Source: Octopus sinensis
Lineage: Eukaryota
Direction: 5' to 3'
Assembly (NCBI RefSeq): GCF_006345805.1
Contig: NW_021833751.1
Span: forward strand, 7,702 to 71,701
DNA length: 64,000 nt
Shown here: positions 52,211 to 64,000 of the stretch, in pieces
How positions within the stretch are numbered: position 1 is the first letter of the stretch
Layout of the letters: every line of letters starts with the position of its first letter
Notes under the pieces: generated by a model
Database searches by the model: none
What the model saw: the letters and a program-made list of their open reading frames with translations, nothing else
What the model was told of the DNA's origin: nothing
Translations under genes and position numbers: made by a program

Positions 52211-53770
52211 TCAGGTCACTTATGAGGCTCTCATAAGTGCTACTGGTAATATGGAATCCAGTACAACCTGTTGCATGGTCGGGTTGCCGGCGAGTAAACT
52301 GGCACAACCACTAGGATATCCGGGTGAGGAGGGTTGCTAGAAACCCAGCAGGATTAGAAACAAGACCTGTTGAAAGGTCGGATGTACCTAGTGTAGGCTC
52401 AACAGCTATCTAGCAATAGCACGAGTGCGAAGAAATTCCCAGATGGTGTCTGGCCTGCTGAAAGACCACAGGGAGTGAGGCAGCCCGTTGATGTAGCTGC
52501 ACTTTCAGAGACTCGTATAGAAGGAGATGGTGAGTTTGAGGAAGTAGGAGGTGGATACACCTTTTTGGAAGGGGAAGCAGAAGGGGGAGCGCAGAGAGTC
52601 TGGTGTTGGCTTTGCAGTTCGATCTGATATCCTTAAGAAGTTGGAGTAACTTCCTGTTCCTATAAATAAACGTCTAATGACTCTGCGATTGCACCTGAAA
52701 GGTGGGCGGTTTGCTTCTTTATTAAGTACCTATGCACCAACTCTGACTAGCTGTGATGAAGATAAAAATATTTTGTATACCCAGTTGAGAGCCATACTTA
52801 GGAAAATCCCCAATTCTGATAAAGCCATTCTACTGGGGAATTTCAGTGATTGATACTATGCAAGAAAGACCTATCATTGGCTCCATAAATTCTACACCCT
52901 CAATAGTTGAAGTAACGACATCAATAAGTAAATTGAATCCTTCCAGGTAGGGCACCTGGAAAGGATGGAATTTGTACTGAAGTCTTGCGATTTGGTGGTG
53001 ATTACATCACACAGTCCCTTCATAAACTTATTAGTGCAGTCTGGAGGGATGGTGCAATGCCTAAGGACTGGAATGATGCAATTATTCTTCCTCTCTATAA
53101 AGGAAAAGGAGCCAGAACAATGTGTGGTAGCTACAGAGGTGTCTCGTAAACGATGTCCTATCTGAATCTCAATGTGGCTTCTGATCTGGTAGAGGGACAA
53201 TGGATATGATTTTCCCAGTAAGACAGATGCAGAAGTGCTATGAGCAGAATATGGATCTTGTCCAGGTATTCGTTGATTTAGCGAAGGTCTTTGATACTGT
53301 AAATAGAGTCTTTCCATGGAAAATACTTGGCAAAGTTGGATGTCCGGATCACTTTGCATCTAAAATTAAATATTTTCTTGATGTGATGGAGGATTGGGTC
53401 AATGCTGATGGTGGCATGGTGGGACCCATTCTTTTACAGAATGATATCAAATAAGGTGACATCCTTGCCCCAATGCTCTTTGTACTTTGCTGCTGCTTTT
53501 ACTCATGCTTTGGCTAAGGTTAGCTCTCTGGAAATATATGTCATATATCGATCTTTTGGCTGCCTCTTTAATCTGCACCGATTTGCTGCCAATTCAAACG
53601 TTTTCCAGTCTCTTATTCGTGACCTCCTTTATGCAGATGACTGTGACTTAGTCACTCATACAGTGGATGACATGCAAATACTTATGAATCGTGTTTCTGC
53701 TTCTTGCAAGGCATTTGGAACTCAGCATTAGCCTGGACAAGACTGTTGTAATGTTCCATCCTGCAGAAAG
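52211..53770 (+). mobile_element. RTE (BovB-like) LINE with 5' UTR, APE and RT, internally deleted and decayed
   Basis: DVAALSETR, SGVGFAV, RLMTLRL and YAPT (APE); VFVDLAKVFDTV and DLLYADDC (RT). Confidence 0.9.
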
Positions 53771-53809
53771 AGGCATGACAGACGTTCTACCTGCTTACAC
53801 ATGCTAGAA

Positions 53810-53945
53810 TTGATCCCCACATCTTTGAACAAGGCCTTAGGCTCAATTCAGAGGGTTATGTGAAGCTGCTGGAGACTGGTCAAACACTAGCCAGAGAGGG
53901 CTGCTGACGGGGGACCATATATGAGGCAGCAGGATTCTGACCTCA
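53810..53945 (+). mobile_element. Short DD37D/maT-like transposase fragment
   Basis: GLRLNSEGYVKLLET...PYMRQQDS. Confidence 0.55.
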
Positions 53946-54559
53946 TATTTAAGTAATCTTTTGAGATCTTCGATTTTATTTAAAATAAAAACTATTGCAG
54001 TTGTCTTTTAATTTCGATATCCAGCATAACAGGGCTATGACATTAAGCAATTCTTCGTTTAGGAAATTACTACCAATTTTTGAAAATCCCCTCGACTATT
54101 CCGATGTAGTTTATTACAGTCATATCATTATTAGTATTTTTACTGTTTAGTTTACTGATATTTCTTACTGCTTTTCTAAGGTAGCTACGTTTAAGGAGAC
54201 ACCGCTTCTATTATGTTTCTTATAATTAGAAGCTCATTTAAATGAGATTTGTTGACTTTCGGTCCTGAAACTCTTGGTAGCCTCGATTGTGTTATGATTG
54301 AATAACTCAGAGCACCTGTTGGTTAATGTAAAATGCTTTTCAATGAAAGTTGACACGTGTTTTGTTATATTGCTGTTGACATTCAGAGAAACGTGCATTA
54401 AACAATGTTATTTGAGTAGAATTTAGGGGCTTGGCACTGGAGGGGATATTATCACTAAAACCATTATTATTTTTGGCATTATTGTAATAACAGTTTTGTC
54501 AAATATTCATTTATTTCATGATGCATCAGAGAATGTTTCACTTATGTTATTAATTTGAT

Positions 54560-55075
54560 TTTTGGAAACGATATCCATCAAGTTTCTACAAAACGCTATC
54601 TCTCAAAACGATACAAAGGCCAATCCTCGCATGCAAAGCGATATCGATAAGGACGCTGAAGGTTCAATAACAGAACGGAAACTAGTCACGCGTATGGAAT
54701 GTTTCGTCAAGCGTGAAACATACATTACATTAAAAGATATCAAAGAAAGCATCAATCCCAATGCAAATTGGATTAATTAATAGACACACTCTAGATTATA
54801 TAAATGCCAAAACTGGAAATCTACAACCAGCACTGGATTAATAGCAACGGAATAGTCTATTGGATCAATGTTTTTAGTAACAAAAGTAATTGAAGATTTA
54901 ATGAATTCAATATAATTTAGTTTTATCTTTCCATCTCTTAACATGTACTGGATGGCGCCATAATATTTGCTAAGAAATATTGCACAATAAACGATAATGA
55001 TGTACAAATAATCATGCGTGCCAGAAAGACAATGTTTGATAAAAAATCCCTCTGGGTGAGAAAGGAAGTATGGCT
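54560..55075 (+). mobile_element. Penelope-like element RT N-terminal remnant
   Basis: RMECFVKRETYITLKDIKE and DGAIIFAKKY..DVQIIMRARKTMF..WVRK resemble PLE ITLKDHKENF and II.HARKSLLF..W.K. Confidence 0.75.
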
Positions 55076-55492
55076 ACATATCTTAGAAATTCAAAGAATA
55101 AATTCTAAACACTGGATATAGGTTTACACTGAGCTGATGGCTTAGCAGCCTCGCACCATTCTAGTGATCAAAAGTTTTATACATTTTGTAAAGATTTAAT
55201 CATTAAGTTTAATGGCTTAAGTTTTAATTCAATTCAATGGGGAACAGATGCCATTCCAACCATAATGGAAAGTATGTGTAAATAAGAAAGTATCTTTTCG
55301 TACCGTTCCAAAAACACAAAATTAGAATGCCTGACCTATCAAGAGAACACAGAAACCTTCAACAAACCCGTCATAACAATAACAAAGTGCAAATAATAAC
55401 CGATTCAATGAGGAGATTCACATCAACCCAAAATACTAATCGTATCAAAAAGAAAAGAAACCTTAATATTACAGGGTGGAACCCACTATTTC

Positions 55493-55698
55493 TATTTCTT
55501 TACTACCCACAAGGGGCTAAACACAGAAGAAGGACAGACAAACGGATTAAGTCGATTACATCTACCCCAGTGATCGACCCCGAAAGGATGAAAGGCAAAG
55601 TCGACCTCGGCGGAATTTGAACTCAGAACGTAGCGACAGACGAATTACGGCTACGCATTTCGCCCGGTGTGCTAACGATTCTGCCAGCTCGCCGCCTT
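55493..55698 (-). mobile_element. SINE family A
   Basis: Reverse complement copy with an internal deletion. Confidence 0.85.
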
Positions 55699-55715
55699 GA
55701 GGAGTTAATAATATA

Positions 55716-56880
55716 ACGGGTGGACCATGGTGATGAGACACATTTTAAATGCAAATATCTTGGATTATAAAAATGACATCGACAACCAAATATACTGATT
55801 ACATAACTGATACACAGTTCAACATATTTATTTAAGATTTGAATCTTATATCCTGAAGATGGTCTCTACCATGAAGAGAACATTCATGAGCTCGCTTTCT
55901 CATATCAAGCACACTGCAACTTCGCACATCAACTGGAATGGCTGCACTCTCCCTACAAATGCTTTACTTTAGTTCTGCTGCTGTATGGGACTTTCTTGCG
56001 TATACCCTATCCTTGAGGTAACTCCACCAGAAAGTAGCCCACTGGGGTTAGATTTGGTGATCTGGATGGTCAGATCTCGAAATGAGATGTCCGGGAAATT
56101 GTTCTGGAAGTTTTGTCATTGACAGTCATGCTGCATGACTAGTGGCGCCATCTGTGTCAGGGCAAGTCTTTGCAACTTGGGAAAGAAGGTCTTCAGCATA
56201 TTGTAGTAGCGGTCGGTAGTTATCATTACACCTACACTGTGTCCGTCCTCAAAAATGGAAGGGGCCAATTCCATGCATTAGTTACCCGCACCACATTGTA
56301 ACCCTCTCACTGGGCAAAGGCCTTTCATTGCATGATTTGAGGACTTTCACATCCCCAAAACCTACAATTTTGTTTATTAATATAACCAGAACGTTAAGAT
56401 GAGCTTCATCTGATGTGATAAAACCTTCTTCCTCCCTGCCCATATTGACAAACCAAATACTAAAAGTTTTTCTTTGCACCTTATCTACTACAAGCAATTG
56501 CTGTGTCTTACATGGAGACAAGTGTAGGTCTTGTGTCAAAATCTTTCTAATTCGTTCACAAAATATTCTACTGTTGATCAATCGACGCATAAACCTCGAG
56601 GCACTTTGTTCAGTAGCCTTGCCTACACTTTGCCAGTCCTCTGCACTTCGAGGGGATGTTCGAGGTCGACCTGGTGAGTTTTCTTGTTTTACAGAAGTTT
56701 GTATAAGCACGCAGGATCACCTTTCGGGGATGGTGCCTATCGCTTTCTAAAATGGAGTCGGAACTTTATTTGGGTTGCAACGGTGCATCTTTGGCTGGTG
56801 AAGTATGCTTCGGCCACATATGCAATTTCTTTTGGCGTTCACAACATTATGAGGGTCCCCAACGCTAACTACCTGTAAAA
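55716..56880 (-). mobile_element. Decayed Tc1/mariner-superfamily transposon
   Basis: GRPRTSPRS, ILTQDLHLSPCK, ITSDEAH, ERPLPSERVTMWCG. Left end TA|CGGGTGG. The other TIR was not identified. Confidence 0.8.
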
Positions 56881-56924
56881 AATAGTAAAATTTTTGATGG
56901 TATGTTGAACTCCTCTTTCACTCT

Positions 56925-57327
56925 TTTACTTTTTTACTTGTTTCACTCATTTGACTGCGGCCATGCTGGAGCACCGCCTTTAATCGAGCAACTCGACCCC
57001 GGGACTTATTCTTTTGTAAGCCCAGTACTTATTCTATCGGTCTCTTTTGCCGAACCGCTAAGTAACGGGGACATAAACACACCAGCATCGGTTGTCAAGC
57101 AATGCTAGGGGGACAAACACAGACACACAAACACACACACGCATATACATATATATATACATATATACGACGGGCTTCTTTCAGTTTCCATCTACCAAAT
57201 CCACTCATAAGGCTTTGGTCGGCCCGAGGCTATAGTAGAAGACACTTGCCCAAGGTGCCACGCAGTGGGACTGAACCCGGAACCATGTGGTTGGTAAACA
57301 AGCTACTTACCACACAGCCACTCCTGT
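56925..57327 (-). mobile_element. SINE family B
   Basis: Full-length reverse-complement copy with a short internal microsatellite. Confidence 0.9.
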
Positions 57328-57389
57328 ATACCAATTATGTAATAAATATACTTAGTAGCCAAAACCACACTCAAGGGTCACATATTTAA

Positions 57390-58177
57390 GTTTAAATATA
57401 CGAAACTCTGGCTGGAAACCAAGAACAGTTCTCCAGATCCTTCACTCCCATTATACCAAATCCGTGGCTTCTAAATACCTGGTCCACAAGAACGCAGCTA
57501 TTGCGTACAACGCCGAGTTCTATATTCTTATAGCAGATTTGGTGAGAGTGAGGAGAAATGTGTCTCGCATGTGCGACCCAATGGAACTGGGACGACACAT
57601 ACAACACTTCGTCCACCGCATGAAATTCTCTGGCTATAAACAGAGGGACATAAGAGTGTGCAAAAGAATCAGGCTAAGTTCAAAGATATGCTAACGGGAT
57701 TTGCTGGCTATACAGGAGTAAATCCAGGAACAGCCCAGAAAGAATTAGAAAAAAGATAGATAAGGTCAACTCATGGTATGACAACAAAAAATACCAGAGT
57801 GTTATGTTCGTTGATGCTAACCCTGGTGCCGAACTAGCATACCTTTTTAGGAAAAACAGTAGATAAGGTCAATATACGGATTAAAGTAGTAGAAAGGCCT
57901 GGTGCCCCCTTAAAATCCCTGATCTGTAGAATTTATCCCTTCGATAAGTCCCCATGTAAGGAGAACAATTGTATGTAGGATGAACCCACAGGTTAACTGT
58001 AAGATTAAGGATATAGTGTATAGTTTACGATGTATTGACAGATGGTGCAGAAACATGAAAACTGCATACATTGGAGAGACATCACGCAGCATAGGGGACC
58101 GTAGAGGTATACACTGGCGAGAGCTCACAGAAGAGAAAGGCTCGTCAGTGCTCTACCAACATGCTCAAGCAGAACAT
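57390..58177 (+). mobile_element. Penelope-like element remnant (thumb plus GIY-YIG), cut by a SINE
   Basis: ASKYLVH, LVRVRRNVS..FVHRMKFSGY, CKIKDIVYSLRC..YIGETSRS..R..H..VLYQH. Confidence 0.85.
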
Positions 58178-58401
58178 ATACTTCTTTACTCCCCACAAGG
58201 GGCTAAACACAGAGGGGACAAACAAGGACAGACAAACGGATTAAGTCGATTACATCGACTCCAGTGCGTAACTGGTACTTATTTAATCGACCCTGAAAGG
58301 ATGAAAGGCAAAGTCGACCTCGGCGGAATTTGAACTCAGAACGTAACGGCAGACGAAATACGGCTACGCATTTCGTCCGGCGTGCTAACGATTCTGCCAG
58401 C
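58178..58401 (-). mobile_element. SINE family A inserted into the PLE remnant
   Basis: Full-length reverse complement. Confidence 0.9.
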
Positions 58402-59122
58402 TTTTAGTTCATGCAATTGAAAAAGCTGCATTATATATAGGATGACCCAATATATATGTATATATACAGTTGTAGCTGTGTTGTAAGACACGTACTTCCC
58501 AGCCACATGGTTCCGGGTTCACTCCCACTGCGATGTACCTTGAGCAAGTATCTTCTGTAGCCTCGGACCAAGCAAACCCTTCTGACTGTGTGATTATTAC
58601 TATATATATATACAAAAATACATATGAGTATATATAAGTAGATGTGTATATAAACATCCACATGTATGTATGTATATGTTTTAGTGTATGTGTATGTATC
58701 TGTATGTATATGAACGTAGATACATAGATAGATAGATAGATCTGACTGGATCTGGTAAACGGTAAGTAAAAGAGGCACGTCATGTATATGTATATGTATC
58801 TATATGTGTGTCTTTGTGTCCGTATTTGTCTTCCATCACCGCTTGACAACCGGTGTTGGTGTGCTTACGTTCACCCGTTAACTGGCGGTTCGGCAAAAGA
58901 GATCGATAGAATAAGTACAAGACTTAAAACATAAGATCTGGAGTCGATTAATTCGACAAAAAATTCAAGGTGGTGCCCCAGCATGGTCGCAGTCTAATGA
59001 CCGAAACATGAATTAAAGATCAAAGATAAAAGATGTGTAAGTGTTTATGTGTGCTTGTATGAATTTAACTATCTACCTCTACCTACCTAACTATATACAG
59101 CTATCTACTTATCTACCTATTT

Positions 59123-59536
59123 CTATTTATTTACTGCCCACAAGGGGCTAAACACAGAGGGGACTAACAAGGACAAACAAAGGGATTAAGTCGATTATAT
59201 CAACCCCAGTGCGTAACTGGTACTTAATTTGTCGACTCCGAAAGGATGAAAGGCAAAGTCGACCTCGGGGGAATTTGAACTCAGAACGTAACGGCAGACG
59301 AAATATCTATTTCTTTACTACCCACAAGGGGCTAAACACAGAGAGGACAAACAAGTACAGACAAACGGATTAAGTCGATTACATCGACCCCAGTGTGTAA
59401 CTGGTACTTAATTTATCGACTCCGAAAGGATGAAAGGCAAAGTCGACTTCGGCGGAATTTGAACTCAGAACGTAGCGGCAGACGAAATACCGCTAAGCAT
59501 TTCGCCCGGCGCGCTATTCTCCCAGCTCGCCGCCTT
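59123..59536 (-). mobile_element. Two tandem SINE family A copies (59123-59303 truncated; 59307-59536)
   Basis: Direct reading. Confidence 0.85.
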
Positions 59537-59994
59537 AATCTATATACCACTACCTGTCTGCTTATCTACCTACATACCTCTACCTTTATAACTCTACCAA
59601 TATACATATCTACCTTTATGCTTCTACCAATCTACCTATACACCTCTTCCTATCTACCTGTACGCTTCTACCTATCTACCTACATACCTCTACCTATCTA
59701 TATAACTACCAACATACCTATCTACCTGTATGCCTCTACCTTACTTTATTTTCCTGTATCTCACCGCATTTCCCCCCATAGATTTAGCTACATGGCCATT
59801 TGTATTAGAATATCCTACTTTCTCCTAACCTCTTCTTCTAGTATATAACAATGGACAAAAGAATAGTTCTTTCCACCCCTTCCTTGGTACCCAGATGGGC
59901 AGAGCTGTGTTTAAGTTCTTTCATATCGATTCCTTGTTAACACATAATTATTTAGAATCTGCTTAGGGTAAAATGAACAAGGAAGATCCATCTA

Positions 59995-60016
59995 TCCATC
60001 TATCTCTGTATCTCTG

Positions 60017-60100
<84 letters not shown>

Positions 60101-60120
60101 ATCTATCTATATATCTAATA

Positions 60121-60194
<74 letters not shown>

Positions 60195-60211
60195 ATCTAT
60201 CTATCTATCTA

Positions 60212-60274
<63 letters not shown>
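59995..60274. repeat. (ATCT)n microsatellite
   Basis: Direct reading. Confidence 0.95.
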
Positions 60275-60763
60275 CGTTCATATACATACAGATACACACA
60301 CATACACTAAAACATATACATACATACATGCATATGGGTGTTTATATACATATCTACTTATACATATATTCATATGTATTTTTGTATATATATATAGTAA
60401 TAATCACACATTTCTATTCATATTACTTTGCAGAAATCCGAAATAATGAGAGCTGACTGTAAGCGCTTCTGTACAACTTATTAATATCCAGACGTTTTTT
60501 CTTTTTTAGAGTGTATCCTCGTAACAAGCGGAGTTGCCTCTATGGCGTTCTTTCTAACTTATCAATTAACTTGTAGTTATGCAGTCTATGTGGCAGGTAA
60601 CCGTAATAAGCTGAGCTACAGGTAACTTCTTTATAACTTATATTAATATGCAAATAGCCACTGGTCGCAACAGTACCAACGCAGACATCGTCTGTTTAGA
60701 GTAGTGTACAGCCATTGTGACCTTGTTATTGATACGAGTTCATATTTCAGATGTGCACACACA

Positions 60764-60824
<61 letters not shown>

Positions 60825-61044
60825 ACGCGCGTATACACACATAGTTCAACATACATGTAAGTACATGCGATGTGTGTATACAAGCGTACAAGTACTTTGA
60901 ATGTTAACCAATGTTAATAATATCATATGTGTAAAAGAACCATAAGAATCCCTCCACGCATATATATATATATATATATGGCTATATATATGTATATACA
61001 AGTATATATATATATATGTATATATATTATATATATATATTTAT

Positions 61045-61091
<47 letters not shown>

Positions 61092-61405
61092 ATATATATT
61101 GCTTGGGTTTGTTTCGACCCTTTAGAATTGGAATTTTTGAAAAGTAAAAATTTAATTTAGAATACATGGGTGCAACTGTTTTTGAAGACTCATATTGTCG
61201 GTGAATGCTCGAAATGAGGAGTAGATAGACAGCCGACAATTGATAAAAGGTCCTTTCTCTGTGTTTGCTTGTTCTGTTCTTAATTTTTTTCTCGTTGTTT
61301 ACATATTTCATGTTTGAACCGTTGGTGACCTCCTGTACGCATATATGCATATATATTATATATGCATACACGCAATTTTTTCTCTCCTTGTTTCTTTTCT
61401 GTGTA

Positions 61406-61443
61406 TCTTTCTGTCGAAGAGCGTAGGCTCGAAACGTAAAAGA
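61406..61443 (+). ncRNA. Minimal hammerhead-like motif, variant core CUGUCGA (same family as 15312)
   Basis: tcttt-CTGTCGA-A-gagc gtag gctc-GAAA-CG-TA-aaaga. Confidence 0.6.
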
Positions 61444-61542
61444 CTTGTTTTATTTCTATTCCTGAGCGCCATACTAATACATTGTTTCTTTGTACTCCAC
61501 CTGCCTTCGTCTTTTGCTTATTTTCGTAAACCTTCCCTTCCC

Positions 61543-61594
<52 letters not shown>

Positions 61595-62589
61595 CTTTTT
61601 CAATTCCTGAGCGTTATACTAATACATCTGTTTGTTTTGTACAAGCACATAAATGCGAAACAAGGTGAAAAAAATAGTACTCGAATACCAGAGCCAGAGT
61701 GATATGCTTTATTAAAAAGCAGCAGAAAAAACAAAACTGTCCGTCATAGCTGAGCATAGCGACACAGCATCACCTGTCTTCGTCAGAGCCACCATATCTA
61801 GTAATTATTCAAAACTGGTAAATTGTTGTATGACAGAGAAATATAAACCAAGCCACGTGGAGTTGAGAATTGAGAATATATAAATAAATAGTAAAAATGA
61901 ACAGAGCTAATTTCGATGTGTAATCGCAGTAATTTTGCTAATCCGTTCCAAGGCAAGATAACTTTCTTTATTGGCCACACAGGGCTGGACACAGAGGGAA
62001 CAATTACAAATGTAGAGCTTTTCTTTTCGAAGATGGAGAAGGAAAAAGAAAAAAAAGGAAACAAATGTAAAATTTCGATCAAAAGGAATCGGGGAAAAAA
62101 AGCGATCAAAAGGGATCGTGTATCACAGAAAGAAAATTTTCTCTTTTTCAAAGTTACAAACAAGATTAGGTTCATCCGTGGAAAGAAAAGCCTACAGAAA
62201 AGACCACGGTAACCTCGGGCAGGGAGAAAAATAAACAAGCCTCAATGACAGATTAGAGCACATTTCACTACCTTGTGTTTCGAATACAGGGAAAATACAC
62301 AGAAGCTTGTGTCCGATTATCTGGATACTTGCAGGAATCTATGGCTGCAGTTTAGCTACAGACGAACAATGTGCGTGCGTGTGCACGTCTGCACGTGTGT
62401 ATGTGTGTGCGTGTGCGCGCACATCTATATCCGTACGTATCACGCGTGTAATGGAGAGAGACGACCCGTCCGTCGGCTTAACTCAAAATCCATTCATCAA
62501 CTCTGCATTATAAAATGGATGAGTATTTCTTAGAATATTGGGCCTTCTGGCTTTCTGACCGTGATTATCGTATAAATAAATAAATAAAT

Positions 62590-62601
62590 ATATATTATAT
62601 A

Positions 62602-62644
<43 letters not shown>

Positions 62645-62730
62645 TAATTATATATATATAATTATAATATATATATGTATACACATACATATACATACAC
62701 GCACACACACATATATAGACATATATATGT

Positions 62731-62761
<31 letters not shown>

Positions 62762-62793
62762 ACTACATATATATATATATATAACTATATATA

Positions 62794-62832
<39 letters not shown>

Positions 62833-62991
62833 TATATAATATATATATATACAATATATGTAAACACACATATATATAATACACTAACATATATATGTAT
62901 ATATTTATATATGTATATATGTACATGTATATGAATATACATATATATGTATAATGCATGTACATAATACACACATTCTCATATATGTGTG

Positions 62992-63045
<54 letters not shown>

Positions 63046-63120
63046 CAATAATAATATACACATATATATACATACATATATATATATATGTATATGTGTG
63101 TGTGTTTGTGTGTATAAATA
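62590..63120. repeat. Degenerate (TA)n-rich low-complexity tract
   Basis: Direct reading. Confidence 0.9.
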
Positions 63121-63918
63121 CCTGCACACAGAGGCACGCACTCTCCACATAGACTCTTATACGCAATATATAAATCACAAGTAGGACATCTCCCAAAAAA
63201 ATAACTGCGAGGCTTCCGTGCGCGCGTGCGTGTGCTGCGTTGTTTGTGAGTATGTAGGTGAATGTGTGTGTGTGAGGTGTGTGTGTGTGTGTGTGTGTGT
63301 GAATCACTTATGATAAGAGGACAATGATAGAAGTGGGAAGTGAAATGAGAGAAATCACCAGAGGTTATGATGTGGAGTAGAGATTCGTGGAGAGATTAGA
63401 AATGAAATTAATCACCAATTATATTAATGAGAGGAGTCACTGTCCAACCTGACCTCCTTTCACAATACTGACAGCAACAACAACAAGAGCAACAGCAACA
63501 AATAATACTAAACAATACCAACGTAGAACACTAATTTCATAAGAGACTAGTGTGTTAACCAACTCACCTGGAGGTTTGATGCGGTCGATCGACTTGCTAA
63601 AATTAGAAGCCGAATCTTCAAAACACGACGTAAAGGTTTTGCCTTAATTTTTTAAAAAAAGAACGAGTTAGATAATGTTGCCCTAGATATACTTTGCTTC
63701 AAAGAGAAAGGCGATGTCTTAGATGGCGGTACTTTGATCATTGGTTCCCTCGACCAAGGATGGACTGGGAAGAATGACTCCTCCCCTAATTTAAATATTC
63801 ACTATCTTATAGGTATGCGTGTATGTATGTAATATATATATATATATATGTTTGTGTGTATGTAGTGTGTGTAATATATATATATATACGCTAATACTTT
63901 AGCGTTTACATATATATC

Positions 63919-63980
<62 letters not shown>

Positions 63981-64000
63981 GTATATATATATATGTATAT

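Noticed and set aside
55853-55880. CTGAAGA-tggt ctct acca hairpin
   Set aside because: It is followed by TGAAG rather than GAAA, has no stem I or III, and lies within a mariner remnant.
61745-61795. Minus-strand CTGACGA-A-gacag...tgtc motif
   Set aside because: GAAA is replaced by GCTA and the downstream stems are ambiguous.

Overview
AT-rich, repeat-dense animal genomic DNA. It is most likely from an octopus or other coleoid cephalopod; this is inferred from the tRNA-derived SINE families and the microsatellite load, not proven. No host protein-coding gene is clearly supported. Most ORFs in the track are microsatellite or SINE read-throughs. The window contains a near full-length Dong/R4-clade non-LTR retrotransposon inserted in (AAT)n, an internally deleted derivative of it, two further REL-endonuclease non-LTR families, RTE fragments, at least five Penelope-like element (PLE) remnants, Tc1/mariner and pogo remnants, two non-autonomous Helitrons and four SINE families. 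The main unannotated signal is a dense set of minimal type I hammerhead ribozyme (HHR) motifs. About ten are well formed or near canonical and several more are decayed. They sit in short, mutually unrelated non-coding repeats embedded in microsatellites, and three of these repeats are DNA palindromes whose two hammerheads or hammerhead-like motifs point outward. Different retroposon families also appear to partition microsatellite targets: AAT, CATA, CAA and TA. All structures were read by eye, with no folding or database search.
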